A DNA stretch of 64,000 bases from Laetmonice hystrix (Eukaryota): assembly GCA_965235115.1 (NCBI GenBank), contig OZ249436.1:2172001-2236000 (forward strand), written 5' to 3'. This document shows positions 38,915 to 51,546 of the stretch, piece by piece. The notes beneath the pieces were generated by a model, which saw only the letters and a list, made by a program, of their open reading frames with translations, did not search any database and was not told the origin of the DNA. Positions within the stretch are counted from its first letter, which is position 1. Each line of letters opens with the position of its first letter. The position numbers were made by a program, and so were the translations under genes.

Positions 38915-39258
38915 AACCCGTTTATCTTGTAGATGTTTTTTGAGCCCAAACCCGTTTATCTTGTAGATGTTATTTGAGCCCAAACCCGTTTATCTTGTAG
39001 ATGTTATTTGAGCCCAAACCCGTTTATCTTGTAGATGTTATTTGAGCCCAAACCCGTTTATCTTGTAGATGTTATTGGAGCCCAAACCCGTTTATCTTGT
39101 AGATGTTATTTGAGCCCAAACCCGTTTATCTTGTAGATGTTATTTGAGCCCAAACCCGTTTATCTTGTAGATGTTATTTGAGCCCAAACCCGTTTATCTA
39201 GTAGATGTTATTTGAGCCCAAACCCGTTTATCTTGTAAATGTTATTTGAGCCCAAACC
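38915..39258. repeat. Minisatellite, 34-bp unit, about 10 copies
   Basis: aaacccgtttatcttgtagatgttatttgagccc. Confidence 0.95.
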
Positions 39259-39635
39259 GGCCGCTACTTCACTGAACTCGGTACAAGTGTCAACCTACTT
39301 TTATTGAAGCGTGTTTGATGAGTAAAGCAAAGGAAGACTTCTGCTCGTGACCTGCACTCCCTGGCACCCATGACTGTCTTTGAATACCCTACAGGTAGCA
39401 ATAATGAAATCCGTTCTTTGATGTATTCTCTAAAAGCGGCAGGTAGGGCTGGCGGCAGGTATGGAGTGTTACATAAAGGTGAGAGCAGTGTTCTCAAGGA
39501 TTGTCTGCCAGGCGGGGTCTTTGATCTTACCGGGGACAGGTGGGCGGAGCTGGAGGTATCCTGAACAGACAGTACTGTCCTCGGTAACTTCATCCAGCAC
39601 ACCTTGAGGGCTGAGAGCACCTGACCCCCTTTACA
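39234..39635 (-). mobile_element. Possible solo-LTR-like sequence
   Basis: Bounded by TGTAAA...TTTACA, with AATAAA near the minus-strand 3' end. No TSD found; one end overlaps the 34-bp array. Confidence 0.25.
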
Positions 39636-39723
39636 CAATGGGGTCAGGTCACAGGGATCAGGGGGTCAGGTCACAGGTACCGGCATTATGGCAGCTTTCA
39701 ACTAGAAACCGAAGCTGACCAGG

Positions 39724-39978
39724 AGGCCGCACCATGCCTCCAGGCCGCGTCCTGCCTCCAGGCCGTATCATGCCTCCAGGCCGCATCATGCCTCCAGGCC
39801 ACACCATGCCTCCAGGCCGCACCATGCCTCCAGGCCACACCATGCCTCCAGGCCACACCATGCCTCCAGGCCGCATCATGCCTTCAGGCCACACCATGCC
39901 TCCAGGCCGCATCATGCCTCCAGGCCGCATCATGCCTCCAGGCCGCACCATGCCTCCAGGCCGTATCATGTCTCCAGG
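39724..39978. repeat. Minisatellite, 18-bp unit, about 14 copies
   Basis: ccatgcctccaggccgca. Confidence 0.94.
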
Positions 39979-40397
39979 GCTAACTACATGTTATCGGTTC
40001 CGCTTAACATCGGTCAAACAAAATCCCCTCAGGAATAGAAGGATTGCGGCATTGCCATCTTGAAAACAAAGGAATCCCTTGGGGTTTGTTATCCAACTTT
40101 TTTAGTTTTACCATGTTTTTACCTTGAAGACGGCGTAAAACGACCAACAGTGACTCATTTAAAACAAGAGATGATTGTTCGGTCATAATGTGAACGTAAA
40201 GATAAAGTAATCTTATAGAAGAGAGAACTGTGATGAGTAATGTGTTGTGGTCGGTGTTAGAACGACGTATGAAGTACAAAGAGATAAGGAGGCGTGTAAG
40301 GATGCAGTTCGGTAGATTTATTGTGTATGGCTTGGCGTGGGGAATGGGTTGGAACTCTCACCGGGAGGTAGCACGGGTCAGGGTCCTATGTTATCCT

Positions 40398-40819
40398 CAG
40401 TCAGAACGCCGGGCCACTGCCACCACAGCGGCCAGTCAGAACGCCGGACCACTGCCACCACAGTGGCCAGTCAGAGCGCCGGGCCACTGCCACCACAGTG
40501 GCCAGTCAGAGCGCCGGGCCACTGCCACCACAGCGGCCAGTCAGAGCGCCGGGCCACTGCCACCACAGCGGCCAGTCAGAGCGCCGGGCCACTGCCACCA
40601 CAGCGGCCAGTCAGAGCGCCGGACCACTGCCACCACAGTGGCCAGTCAGAGCGCCGGGCCACTGCCACCACAGTGGCCAGTCAGAGCGCCGGGCCACTGC
40701 CACCACAGTGGCCAGTCAGAGCGCCGGACCACTGCCACCACAGCGGCCAGTCAGAACGCCGGACCACTGCCACCACAGCGGCCAGTCAGAGCGCCGGACC
40801 ACTGCCATCACAGTGGCCA
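40398..40819. repeat. Minisatellite, 35-bp unit, 12 copies
   Basis: cagtcagagcgccgggccactgccaccacagcggc. Confidence 0.95.
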
Positions 40820-40876
40820 ACCTTCAACCCAAGTCTCCCTTGTAGACCACCATAGAAAGGTTTGGATCGAGACTAA

Positions 40877-41160
40877 AGGTCTGTACCCACTATAGCGTTT
40901 TTTTTCGCTCTATCGAAAACGCTGCGAATTCCCGCGACGGGAAGCCGCGGCGTCCCTGACTAGGGGTTCCCACTTTGGCGTAAAAGCGCATGCCATAGAA
41001 TACTATGACCCAAGAATCCGCTGCGGTGATTCGCTTCGAATGCTATTTTTCCCCCTGGAAACCATTCTATGAAATTCAGTTGTACCAATCTCGGCGGTGA
41101 TCGTCGCGGTTTACCGCAGCGGGGACCGCAGCGGTAAAACGCGATAGTGTGTACAGACCT
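40877..41160. mobile_element. PIF/Harbinger-type MITE, 284 bp
   Basis: TIR aggtctgtacccactatagcgtttt / aaaacgcgatagtgtgtacagacct, TAA TSD. Confidence 0.85.
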
Positions 41161-41499
41161 TAACGGAGAGACATGGGAGGAAGGGACAAATGATGGACAG
41201 GCCAACTTGATGGATGCCTGAACACCCTCTCTCACCCCCCCCCCCCCCTTCCGGTACAGCCAGGTCGCATTCTGATGCGCCATTAATTTCATCCCACCAC
41301 ATGCCCAAGGTGCCGATTTGACGTCGGCAGTGGGGTTATAAATATATTTCTGGGGTGGGGTGGGGGTTTCTTCATGGTAAAAAAATCTGGGCAGGGGTTG
41401 TGTATCGGTATTTCCTGTGTGTGATTGAACGAAACCACCTGCTACTGTCAGCGGACTCACTGTGAACAGGTGCTTGAGCACGGCCTGGTCGCTCTTAGT

Positions 41500-41900
41500 G
41501 ATGGCCGTTTAAAACACGTCGTCTGCTCGGTATGTGACGTCCGCCTCTATGACGTCACGCGGGACGGACCGCCGCGTCAGTGGGCGGATTCGAGTGGGGC
41601 CGAGTTCTAGCAGCGCCCCTCCAACCGCTACAAGCGTCAGCCCATCCAACCACTACAAGCGTCAGTCCACCCACAGCCTCGGCCACTACACCCTCAAACT
41701 CGTCAGCTTCCTGTTGCCTAGCAACATCTTACATCAGGAAAATATAATCCGATCAAGGACATACGTGTTCACGTTGTCGTCAGTAATGTCCCCTGACAAC
41801 CGGTGTGCGCGCCAATTTCGGCCGACTGTGACTGCGCAGCGGGCCGCGGTAGTGGCAAGCCCAGATTGGGCCACTCGAGTCTGACCCGTATCAACCCGCA
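41500..41900. promoter_or_regulatory. CpG-rich candidate internal promoter or enhancer
   Basis: Full CRE TGACGTCA 41550-41557, half-sites nearby, GC box gggcgg 41582-41587, tgcgcg/tgcgca motifs, high CpG density. Confidence 0.35.
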
Positions 41901-42324
41901 ACCTGGCCTACTTGAGCACAAAGTATGGGAGAAATGAGCAAATTATCTATACGACATTTTGCTTTCTTGGCGTCTGCGGATTTACAGTTGTGGTGATAAG
42001 GAAATAAGATTGCTGCTTCGACTGAAGAATAGCAAATAGCAAAAGTCAGCAGCAATAGAATAGAGAAAGAACTACTCTAATGTGTCAATGTATTCACCTA
42101 AAAAACGTGTTAAGGCGGCACTTTGATGTACCAAAATGTATCGGGTTACAGCCAATTATATGATAAATAGGGTAATAGGGAATTAAAAAAAGAACCGAAT
42201 TCTCTTGTTCTAAAAGGAAACGATTCAGTGAAAGGAAACTACCCATGACCAGACAAGTTGAGAAACCGTTAGTGAACTTTTTTAGTCTGTAATAATTGGG
42301 CCTATATGATAAGGTCTCCAGACC

Positions 42325-42508
42325 GGTATATCGCCCATGATAACTTAAACCCCACGAAATCTGGTGGAAAGTAAAGATCCATGGCCCTGACCTTATCCCT
42401 AACCCCTAACCCCAGTCCCTACACCTCCCAAAAACATATCCCTATCCCTGGCCTTGACCCTAACCCCTGCCCAAACATTTCGTGGAAAGTTATCATGGGG
42501 GAAGAACC
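42325..42508. mobile_element. MULE- or hAT-like MITE with telomere-like ccctaa interior
   Basis: Imperfect TIR around cccatgataactt / aagttatcatggg; flanking direct repeat (c)tccagacc(g) of 8-10 bp. Confidence 0.65.
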
Positions 42509-45500
42509 TCCAGACCGCATTCAGTATGTTAGCTTTAGTAAGTAGTATAGGAAACTGGGGCATATACTCAGGTCTCTAGCCCACATTCAGTGTTAGCTTT
42601 AGTAAGTAGTATAGGAAACTGGGGCATATACTCAGGTCTCTAGACCGCATTCAGTGTTAGCTTTAGTAAGTAGTATAGGAAACTGGGGCATATACTCAGG
42701 TCTCTAGTCCACATTCAGTGTTAGCTTTAGTAAGTAGTATAGGAAACTGGGGCATATACTCAGGTCTCTAGACCGCATTCAGTGTTAGCTTTAGTAAGTA
42801 GTATAGGAAACTGGGGCATATACTCAGGTCTCTAGTCCACATTCAGTGTTAGCTTAAGTAAGTAGTATAGGAAACTGGGGCATATACTCAGGTCTCTAGC
42901 CCACATTCAGTGTTAGCTTTAGTAGGTAGTATAGGAAACTGGGGCATATACTCAGGTCTCTAGCCCACATTCAGTGTTAGCTTTAGTAAGTAGTATAGGA
43001 AACTGGGGCATATACTCAGGTCTCTAGACCGCATTCAGTGTTAGCTTTAGTAAGTAGTATAGGAAGCTGGGGCATATACTCAGGTCTCTAGCCCACATTC
43101 AGTGTTAGCTTTAGTAAGTAGTATAGGAAACTGGGGCATATACTCAGGTCTCTAGACCACATTCAGTGTTAGCTTTAGTAAGTAGTATAGGAAACTGGGG
43201 CATATACTCAGGTCTCTAGCCCACATTCAGTACGTTAGCGTTAGTAAGTAGTATAGGAAACTGGGGTATATACTCAGGTCTCTAGACCGCATTCAGTGTT
43301 AGCTTTAGTAAGTAGTATAGGAAACTGGGGCATATACTCAGGTCTCTAACCCACATTCAGTGTTAGCTTTAGTAAGTAGTATAGGAAACTGGGGCATATA
43401 CTCAGGTCTCTAGACCGCATTCAGTGTTAGCTTAAGTAAGTAGTATAGGAAACTGGGGCATATACTCAGGTCTCCAGACCGCATTCAGTGTTAGCTTTAG
43501 TAAGTAGTATAGGAAACTGGGGCATATACTCAGGTCTCTAGCCCACATTCAGTACGTTAGCTTTAGTAAGTAGTATAGGAAACTGGGGCATATACTCAGG
43601 TCTCTAGCCCACATTCAGTACGTTAGCTTTAGTAAGTAGTATAGGAAATTGGGGTATATACTCAGGTCTCTAGACCGCATTCAGTGTTAGCTTTAGTAAG
43701 TAGTATAGAAAACTGGGGCATATACTCGGGTCTCTAGACCGCATTCAGTGTTAGCTTTAGTAAGTAGTATAGGAAACTGGGGCATATACTCAGGTCTCTA
43801 GACCACATTCAGTGTTAGCTTTAGTAAGTAGTATAGGAAACTGGGGCATATACTCAGGTCTCTAGCCCACATTCAGTACGTTAGCGTTAGTAAGTAGTAT
43901 AGAAAACTGGGGCATATACTCGGGTCTCTAGACCGCATTCAGTACGTTAGCGTTAGTAAGTAGTATAGGAAACTGGGGCATATACTCAGGTCTCTACCCC
44001 ACATTCAGTGTTAGCTTTAGTAAGTAGTATAGGAAACTGGGGCATATACTCAGGTCTCTAGCCCACATTCAGTGTTAGCTTTAGTAAGTAGTATAGGAAA
44101 CTGGGGCATATACTCAGGTCTCTAGCCCACATTCAGTTAGCGTTAGTAAGTAGTATAGGAAACTGGGGCATATACTCAGGTCTCTAGACCGCATTCAGTG
44201 TTAGCTTTAGTAAGTAGTATAGGAAACTGGGGCATAGACTTAGGTCTCTAGCCCACATTCAGTGTTAGCGTTAGTAAGTAGTATAGGAAACTGGGGCATA
44301 TACTCAGGTCTCTAGCCCACATTCAGTACGTTAGCGTTAGTAAGTAGTATAGGAAACTGGGGTATATACTCAGGTCTCTAGACCGCATTCAGTGTTAGCT
44401 TTAGTAAGTAGTATAGGAAACTGGGGCATATACTCAGGTCTCCAGACCGCATTCAGTGTTAGCTTTAGTAAGTAGTATAGGAAATTGGGGTATATACTCA
44501 GGTCTCTAGACCGCATTCAGTGTTAGCTTTAGTAAGTAGTATAGAAAACTGGGGCATATACTCGGGTCTCTAGACCGCATTCAGTGTTAGCTTTAGTAAG
44601 TAGTATAGGAAACTGGGGCATATGCTCAGGTCTCTAGCCCACATTCAGTACGTTAGCGTTAGTAAGTAGTATAGGAAACTGGGGTATATACTCAGGTCTC
44701 TAGACCGCATTCAGTGTTAGCTTAAGTAAGTAGTATAGGAAACTGGGGCATATACTCAGGTCTCTAACCCACATTCAGTGTTAGCTTTAGTAAGTAGTAT
44801 AGGAAACTGGGGCATATACTCAGGTCTCTAGCCCACATTCAGTACGTTAGCGTTAGTAAGTAGTATAGGAAACTGGGGTATATACTCAGGTCTCTAGACC
44901 GCATTCAGTGTTAGCTTTAGTAAGTAGTATAGGAAACTGGGGCATATACTCAGGTCTCCAGACCGCATTCAGTGTTAGCTTTAGTAAGTAGTATAGGAAA
45001 CTGGGGCATATGCTCAGGTCTCTAGCCCACATTCAGTACGTTAGCGTTAGTAAGTAGTATAGGAAACTGGGGCATATGCTCAGGTCTCTAGCCCACATTC
45101 AGTACGTTAGCGTTAGTAAGTAGTATAGGAAACTGGGGCATATACTCAGGTCTCTAACCCACATTCAGTGTTAGCTTTAGTAAGTAGTATAGGAAACTGG
45201 GGCGTATACTCAGGTCTCTAGACCGCATTCAGTGTTAGCTTTAGTAAGTAGTATAGGAAACTGGGGCATAGACTTAGGTCTCTAGCCCACATTCAGTGTT
45301 AGCGTTAGTAAGTAGTATAGAAAACTGGGGCATATACTCGGGTCTCTAGACCGCATTCAGTGTTAGCTTTAGTAAGTAGTATAGGAAACTGGGGCATATA
45401 CTCAGGTCTCTAGCCCACATTCAGTTAGCGTTAGTAAGTAGTATAGAAAACTGGGGCATATACTCAGGTCTCTAGCCCACATTCAGTGTTAGCTTTAGTA

Positions 45501-45697
45501 AGTAGTATAGGAAACTGGGGCATATACTCAGGTCTCTAGCCCACATTCAGTGTTAGCTTTAGTAAGTAGTATAGGAAACTGGGGCATATACTCAGGTCTC
45601 TAGACCGCATTCAGTATTAGCTTTAGTAAGTAGTATAGGAAACTAGGGTATACTCAGGTCTCTAGCCCACATTCAGTGTTAGCTTAAGTAAGTAGTA
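42509..45697. repeat. Largest minisatellite, about 64-bp unit, about 50 copies
   Basis: cattcagtgttagctttagtaagtagtataggaaactggggcatatactcaggtctctagccca. Confidence 0.98.
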
Positions 45698-46768
45698 CGT
45701 TGGTACACAGATGTACCTTGGACAGGTTGGTGTACTACTGTGGTGTACTACAATGGTGGGAACCTAACAGAAACAACCACTCACTGCGGTTCACCAAACG
45801 CTGTGCAGCTACAAGTAGTATGTAATTGTTGCACATTATCAGGTGAATAGACCGTGTCAGAGACTTTCACCATCCGTTTGTGTATAACGTCTTTGTGAAC
45901 CATTCTGTAGTAGCTTTTCTAATAAAAATCAGGAATAATATCAATAGTTCAGACATATATATGGTGGCATAGTGTCAGGGATGGCAGGACTTAGACATAA
46001 ACAATTGGATTAATCAATTCCCTCATTAATACAGCAGCTATAACTTCCACCGATTCCATGTTTGATAAATTTCCACCGATTCCATGTTTGATAAATCAAG
46101 TCCTGATATTATTGACAGTTAAATTGACAGAAACATGACAGATTTGACAGACTGTCAGTGGTACCGTCGCTGAGGACGATCGTTTATCAATACGAAAGTT
46201 CTCGCTCGTTTACCAACATTTACCAAGGGTTTAAGTACTTAGACAACACGCAGGCTGAACCCTGTATATCTTAATAACCTTGAATTATGGACTGATTATT
46301 TCTAGGTCTATATTAAGATAATGTTCTTTAGTTGACACTCGCTGGCTTTCCTCTCAATGATAGGGGGGAAAAGGTTACACTATCAGAGGGATTGGTTGGA
46401 AGAAATTGACATGAGAAGTGATCCCGAGATCTAACTGTCAGCCGTGAGGGTGAGCATAGGTTAATTTGATGATGTTATCGAGACTGGAGGCGGTGGGATG
46501 GAGAGGTCGGGGTGGGGGTTGAACCCCCCCCCCATACCCTACCCCTAGGCCGGTCGGTCGTCACGGATCGACTTGAGCTGTCCCTCAAACCAAGGTGAAC
46601 GCCTGATATGTTCAGTGTTTTGAACGCTTGATGTTCAAACACGTTCAGTGTCGTTCTCCAGTGACAACCACCACCTTTTTCTTTGTGTTTTCAGAGGGGG
46701 ACTGGGCAGGGTGTAACATATGCTGGGGTAGACGCGATCGATACTGCTGCTGTCATTTTGCTGATTGT

Positions 46769-47069
46769 CCTCGAGTCGAGGTACAAAGGGAGCAGGGTAC
46801 CGACGGGAAGGGACAGGGGACCAGTGCGTCACGTCAGATGATGTCCTCGAGTCGAGGTACAAAGGGAGCAGGGTACCGACGGGAAGGGACAGGGGACCAG
46901 TGCGTTACGTCAGATGATGTTTCTCGAGTCGAGGTACAAAGGGAGTAGGGTACCGACGGGAAGGGACAGGGGACCAGTGCGTCACGTCAGATGATGTCCT
47001 CGAGTCGAGGTACAAAGGGAGCAGGGTACCGACGGGAAAGGACAGGGGACCAGTACGTCACGTCAGATG
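46769..47069. repeat. Tandem repeat, about 76-bp unit, 4 copies
   Basis: cctcgagtcgaggtacaaagggagcagggtaccgacgggaagggacaggggaccagtgcgtcacgtcagatgatgt. Confidence 0.93.
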
Positions 47070-48114
47070 ACAGGATTGGAAGCCAGCCGACTGGGAATCT
47101 TTGTGAGGAGAGAGTATAGAGGTCGACTGACTGACACGGTTGGGTACTGTGGGTGAGGTCTGTGAGGAGAGAGTATAGAGGTCGACTGACTGACACGGTT
47201 GGGTACTGTGGGTGAGGTCTAACTGTCAGCTGGTGTTCTCATCAAAACCAGTCAACCAAGTATCATGGGTCTCAATAAACGATCACAGAGGCGACCATTC
47301 CTTTTTCTCAAGAAAGAAATTAAAGAAAGAAAATACATAAACCTTTTGTACAGCTTGTGAACGTGTTGCTGATTGCGAACGTGACTTTGTCTTTGATGTG
47401 TCGATGAGAATGATTTATGATGAAGGGATGTGAGCACTGTGTCAGTGTGTTTGAGGGGTAGAGAGGGCCGTGGTGGTCACGGTGGGGGGGGGGGGGGTTA
47501 TTCACATGAAATTAGCGGTAGGGAGGATGTCCTGTAGGATTTTACCTGTTGGGGTGGAGAATTGAGGTTTTTTCGAGGAAAAATAAAGCCAGAAACTTTT
47601 GTGGACCCCTCCCGACCGGCTCTCCCCCTCCCCACCGACCCGCTGACTGTGTACACAGGCGGTGGCCATATCGTGCTAACATTGACAGTTGGTCATTGTC
47701 AGCTTGGCCTGCCCATGATAAGTGTTGCCAGGTGCCAGGGCCAACAAGATCCAGCAGGCCTGTCTCAACCCAGCCACATGCCACAAGTGTTTGAACCTCC
47801 CCCTACCCAACACAAACTGCTCTCCTCCTAAAGTTCATGACCTACTTACGCGGCTTGGCAGACGATCTTGAAGCCACGTCCGGTTTTATCAGCTGCCATG
47901 ATATATAATAGAGAGATGCTGATGGTTTGTATGCGTGCACCGCTAACACTCAGCATACAGTTGGGACTGATATTGGTGAGGTTTTGGGTGTCTGCCTATT
48001 TCCATATTAAATTAGGTCCTCTTTGTGTTCCTTATTTCTTATTGGTCACTTTTGTAGATGTTCCATGAAGAACTGGAAGGTAGACATTGCTACCAGGAGA
48101 TATGCGTTGGGTTC

Positions 48115-49659
48115 TGGGACAGTCCCAGATCTGATGGGGACAGGGCCAGTCCCAGATCTGATGGGGACAGGGCCAGCCCCAGATCTGATGGGGACAGGGC
48201 CAGCCCAGATCTGATGTGTACAGGGCCAGTCCCAGATCTGATGTGGACAGGGCCAGCCCCAGATCTGATGGGGACAGGGCCAGCCCCAGATATGATGGGG
48301 ACAGGGACAATCCCAGACCTGATGGGGACAGGGCCAGCCCCAGATCTGATGGGGACAGGGACAATCCCAGATCTGATGTGGACAGGGCCAGCCCCAGATC
48401 TGATGGGGACAGCGTGAGCCCCAGATCTGATGGGGACAGCGTGAGCCCCAGATCTGATGGGGACAGCGTGAGCCCCAGATCTAATGGGGACAGGGCCAGC
48501 CCCAGATCTGATGGGGACAGCGTGAGCCCCAGATCTGATGGGGACAGGGCCAGCCCCAGATCTGATGGGGACAGCGTGAGCCCCAGATCTGATGGGGACA
48601 GGGCCAGCCCCAGATCTGATGGGGACAGGGCCAGCCCCAGATCTGATGGGGACAGGGACAGCCCCAGATCTAATGGGGACAGCGTGAGCCCCAGATCTGA
48701 TGGGGACAGGGCCAGCCCCAGATATGATGGGGGCAGGGCCAGTCCCAGATCTGATGGGGACAGCGTGAGCCCCAGATCTGATGGGGACAGCGCCAGCCCC
48801 AGATCTGATGGGGACAGCGCCAGCCCCAGATCTGATGGGGACAGGGCCAGCCCCAGATCTGATGGGGACAGGGCCAGCCCCAGATATGATGGGGACAGGG
48901 ACAATCCCAGACCTGATGGGGACAGGGCCAGCCCCAGATCTGATGGGGACAGGGACAATCCCAGATCTGATGTGGACAGGGCCAGCCCCAGATCTGATGT
49001 GGACAGGGCCAGCCCCAGATCTGATGGGGACAGCGCCAGACCCAGATCTGATGGGGACAGCGTGAGCCCCAGATCTGATGGGGACAGCGCCAGCCCCAGA
49101 TATGATGGGGACAGAGTGAGCCCCAGATCTGATGGGGGCAGGGACAGCCCCAGATCTGATGGGGACAGCGCCAGCCCCAGATCTGATGGGGACAGGGCCA
49201 GCCCGAGATCTGATAGGGACAGGGCCAGCCCCAGATTTGATGGGGACAGCGTGAGTCCCAGATCTGATGGGGACAGCGTGAGCCCCAGATCTGATGGGGA
49301 CAGCGCCAGCCCCAGATATGATGGGGACAGCGCCAGCCCCAGATATGATGGGGACAGGGCCAGCCCCAGAACTGATGGGGGTTGGGCCAGCCCCAGATCT
49401 GATGGGGACAGGGCCAGCCCCAGATCTGATGGGGACAGGGCCAGCCCCAGATCTGATGGGGACAGGGCCAGCCCCAGATCTGATGGGGACAGGGCCAGCC
49501 CGAGATCTGATAGGGACAGGGCCAGCCCCAGATTTGATGGGGACAGCGTGAGTCCCAGATCTGATGGGGACAGCGTGAGCCCCAGATCTGATGGGGACAG
49601 CGCCAGCCCCAGATATGATGGGGACAGCGCCAGCCCCAGATATGATGGGGACAATCCCA
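48115..49659. repeat. Minisatellite, 27-bp unit, about 57 copies
   Basis: ccccagatctgatggggacag plus a variable 6-7 nt segment. Confidence 0.97.
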
Positions 49660-49839
49660 GGACAACCGTTTGATGATCAGTGCCGCCTCCCGGCACGTGC
49701 CGTAAACCCGTCTCTGGGACCAAAGGGACTCGGAGCGTGACAACCGCACGAAGTCACTCTGACCGGTCAAACAGTTCTCGTACTCAGAAATCATCTCTTC
49801 CTCCCCTCGTAATGAACTTCACAACGCCTACCCGAGCGT

Positions 49840-50030
49840 ACTTGATATCAAGAATAGAGATGACGTTTGAAATTACCAGGGTAACACGAGGTAAGGCGAG
49901 GATCGGTTCATTCCGCTATCGGGTACCATTGTTATGGCATTCGTTACCCAAACATCTGCTGGTTCCGTATAGTCCTGCTTCAAGTCCTCAGATATAAAAA
50001 CAATAAATGCAGCATTTCCTCGGCCAGATG
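49840..50030 (+). mobile_element. Degenerate 3' end of a LINE ORF2 (L2/CR1-group-like)
   Basis: Translation SFRYRVPLLWHSLPKHL resembles the F-x-Y-R-x-P-x-L-W-N-x-L-P C-terminal motif of these LINEs. Confidence 0.5.
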
Positions 50031-50325
50031 TTAAAGGAGCCAATAATATTTTCTTCCTTGAGATAAAACGCCCTTGATTAGTATTCCGTTATCTTTGTGC
50101 GCACATGTAGAAATTAAGCCACTGAGGTAAATGTATTAGGAGCTTTACATTCCTATAGTATTCTTTTTCTGGCGTTTTATACTTCAGGTGTCGGGCAAAA
50201 TTCCTTCTCTGTAATAATACGTATAATTATTATAGATGTAGCATTTTTCTGTTCTTGGTTATGGATCCTTATAATTCCATCTTTGATGGTGTGAGCATTT
50301 GAAGTGCACCTCTTTCAGTTATAAT

Positions 50326-50820
50326 ATCATAGCAACCCGTAGAGAACCCCCCTATTGTACGGTCTTGTAGACTGCGTACGATCATAGCAACCCGTAGAGA
50401 ACCCCCCTATTGTACGGTCTTGTAGACTGCGTACGATCATAGCAACCCGTAGAGAACCCCCCTATTGTACGGTCTTGTAGATTGCGTACGATCATAGCAA
50501 CCCGTAGAGAACCCCCCTATTGTACGGTCTTGTAGATTGCGTACGATCATAGCAACCCGTAGAGAACCCCCCTATTGTACGGTCTTGTAGACTGCGTACG
50601 ATCATAGCAACCCGTAGAGAACCCCCTATTGTACGGTCTTGTAGACTGCGTACGATCATAGCAACCCGTAGAGAACCCCCCTATTGTACGGTCTTGTAGA
50701 CTGCGTACGATCATAGCAACCCGTAGAGAACCCCCTATTGTACGGTCTTGTAGATTGCGTACGGTCATAGCAAAGAGAACCCCCCTATTGTACGGTCTTG
50801 TAGATTGCGTAAGATCATAG
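50326..50820. repeat. Minisatellite, 55-bp unit, about 9 copies
   Basis: atcatagcaacccgtagagaacccccctattgtacggtcttgtagactgcgtacg. Confidence 0.96.
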
Positions 50821-51390
50821 AACTCGTTAGTATTCACATGGAAGCCGAGGACCGACACCAATCATTAATTACCATATTAATACCAGCTTCATTGTGCCGC
50901 CTGCCTTCTAATGACCAGATTATCATTACCCGCTCGTGTTTCTCATGGCTTGGTCAGTTCTTCACTCCGACAACCAAGGTTTGGGAGAAGGTTTCTGTGT
51001 GTACGGGTGGTTGGGGTTTGATTTATTGTTACCCTAAATCAAGGTAACAGATTGTGGTCCCCGTAGGGCAGCAACGTCTTGAATCTAACCACATGATTGG
51101 ACCGAGCAAGCTGTATTGTTACACGTTCTATGATTGGACAGAGCAACCTGTATTGTTACACATTCTATGATTGGACAGAAGAGTCTTTCTATAACTACAA
51201 TTGCCGTAAGCATGACAGAAATCTTTGGGTTTGAGGAAATGATTGGTCTCAGATGAATACAAATATGAATCAGCAAATCTAAACTATAAAATCTACTTGA
51301 CTAGTTTGATATATTGATTGCAAATGAAATTCTACATTTAATTTAAGACTTTTAAAAAGTTGTAGTAGGTCAAACACAATTCATCATCAG

Positions 51391-51546
51391 GGCCCAGCTT
51401 TTCAAAAATTCTCAACTTGAGTAAAGCTTACTTAAGTAAACTAACAGGCTTCTGATTGGCTGATTTACTTAGGCCCGCCAATCAGAAGCTTGTTAGTTTA
51501 CTTAAGTAAGCTTTACTCAAGTTGAGAGTTCTTGAAAAACTGGGCC
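51391..51546. mobile_element. Almost fully palindromic MITE, 156 bp, CAG TSD
   Basis: About 70-bp arms (ggcccagcttttcaa...ctgattggc / gccaatcag...ttgaaaaactgggcc) flanked by cag on both sides. Confidence 0.85.

Noticed and set aside
42395..42475. Interstitial telomere (ccctaa repeats)
   Set aside because: A few degenerate units that lie inside a MITE.
46769..47069. Ribozyme-bearing tandem repeat (cagatga...cctcgagtcgagg)
   Set aside because: The core is CAGATGA rather than CTGANGA and GAAA is missing.
48115..49659. CRISPR-like array (palindromic repeat plus variable segment)
   Set aside because: Variable parts are only 6-7 nt and reused, there are no unique spacers or cas genes, and the context is a eukaryotic intron.
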